Shown here: positions 63,001-64,000 of the stretch, piece after piece
How the letters are laid out: every line of letters begins with the position of its first letter
Numbering within the stretch: position 1 is the stretch's first letter
Assembly (NCBI GenBank): GCA_964016885.1
Contig: OZ024743.1
Location: 236,716,001-236,780,000 of the forward strand
Source: Eledone cirrhosa
Taxonomy: Eukaryota
Length of the DNA stretch: 64,000 bases
Direction: 5' to 3'
Notes under the pieces: generated by a model
Databases searched by the model: none
What the model was told of the DNA's origin: nothing
Seen by the model: only the letters and a program-made list of their open reading frames with translations
Made by a program: the position numbers and the translations under genes

Positions 63001-64000
63001 TCTAAAGTCTGTCTTGTTATAGACAGCTACAGTACTGATTAGTCTGTCTAAGTCTAAAGCCTGTCTTGTTATAGACAGCTACAGTATTGATTAGTCTGTC
63101 TAAGTCTAAAGTCTGTCTTGTTATAGACAGCTACAGTATTGATTAGTCTGTCTAAGTCTAAAGTCTGTCTTGTTATAGACAGCTACAGTATTGATTCGTT
63201 GTCTAATTCTAAAGTCTGTCTTGTTATAGACAGCTACAGTATTGATTAGTCTGTCTAAGTCTAAAGTCTGTCTTGTTATAGACAGCTACAGTATTGATTA
63301 GTCTGTCTAAGTCAAAAGTCTGTCTTGTAGACAGTTACAGTATTGATTAGTCTGTCTAAGTCTAAAGTCTGTCTTGTTATTGACAGCTACAGTATTGATT
63401 AGTCTGTCGAAGTCTAAAGTCTGTCTTATTATAGACAGCTACAGTATTGATTAGTCTGTCTAAGTCTAAAGTCTGTCTTGTTATAGACAGCTACAGTATT
63501 GATTAGTCTGTCGAAGTCTAAAGTCTGTCTTGTTATGGACAGCTACAGTATTGATTAGGCTGTCTAAGTCTAAAGTCTGTCTTGTTATAGACAGCTACAG
63601 TATTGATTAGTCTGTCTAAGTCTAAAGTCTGTCTTGTTATAGACAGCTACAGTATTGATTAGTCTGTCTAAGTCTAAAGTCTGTCATGTTATAGACAGCT
63701 ACAGTATTGATTAGTCTGTCTAAGTCTAAAGTCTGTCTTATTATAGACAGCTACAGTATTGACAATTCTGTGTAAGTCTAAAGTCTGTCTTATTATAGAC
63801 AGCTACAGTACTGATTAGTCTGTCTAAGTCTAAAGTCTGTCTTGTTATAGACAACTACAGTATTGATTAGTCTATCTAAGTCTAAAGTCTGTCTTATTAT
63901 AGACAGCTACAGTATTGACAATTCTGTCTAAGTCTAAAGTCTGTCTTATTATAGACAGCTACAGTACTGATTAGTCTGTCTAAGTCTAAAGTCTGTCTTG
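45062..64000. repeat. 52-bp satellite array (>18.9 kb, runs off the window)
   Basis: GTCTAAGTCTAAAGTCTGTCTT(A/G)TTATAGACAGCTACAGTA(T/C)TGATTAGTCT; monomers at 45101 and 45153; frequent variant TGACAATTCT. Confidence 0.98.

Overview
Eukaryotic, repeat-dense DNA with no intact protein-coding gene. It is probably from a coleoid cephalopod such as octopus, inferred from the greatly expanded rRNAs, the tRNA-derived SINE type and abundant (TA)n. Layout: (1) a 46-bp satellite array (~577-21070) with an internal inversion at ~4767 and higher-order repeats; (2) a ~5.7-kb microsatellite-rich island with SINEs, an RTE-type LINE 3' end, three fold-back palindromes and four distinct type-I hammerhead-ribozyme motifs at five loci, resembling those of Penelope-like elements; (3) one complete minus-strand rDNA unit (26794-44501: Pol I promoter, 5'ETS, 2.86-kb 18S, 5.8S, ~5-kb 28S, IGS with spacer promoters). 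Its 28S carries a disabled three-zinc-finger R2 retrotransposon at the canonical site, lacking the endonuclease domain and with a scrambled 5' junction; (4) a 52-bp satellite array (45062-end). The most striking observation is that the whole rDNA unit sits inside an old R4/Dong-like LINE whose reading frame continues across both flanks. Its two ends are almost circularly permuted within the IGS repeat, as expected for integration of a one-unit rDNA circle. All analysis was by eye; no searches or folding programs were run.
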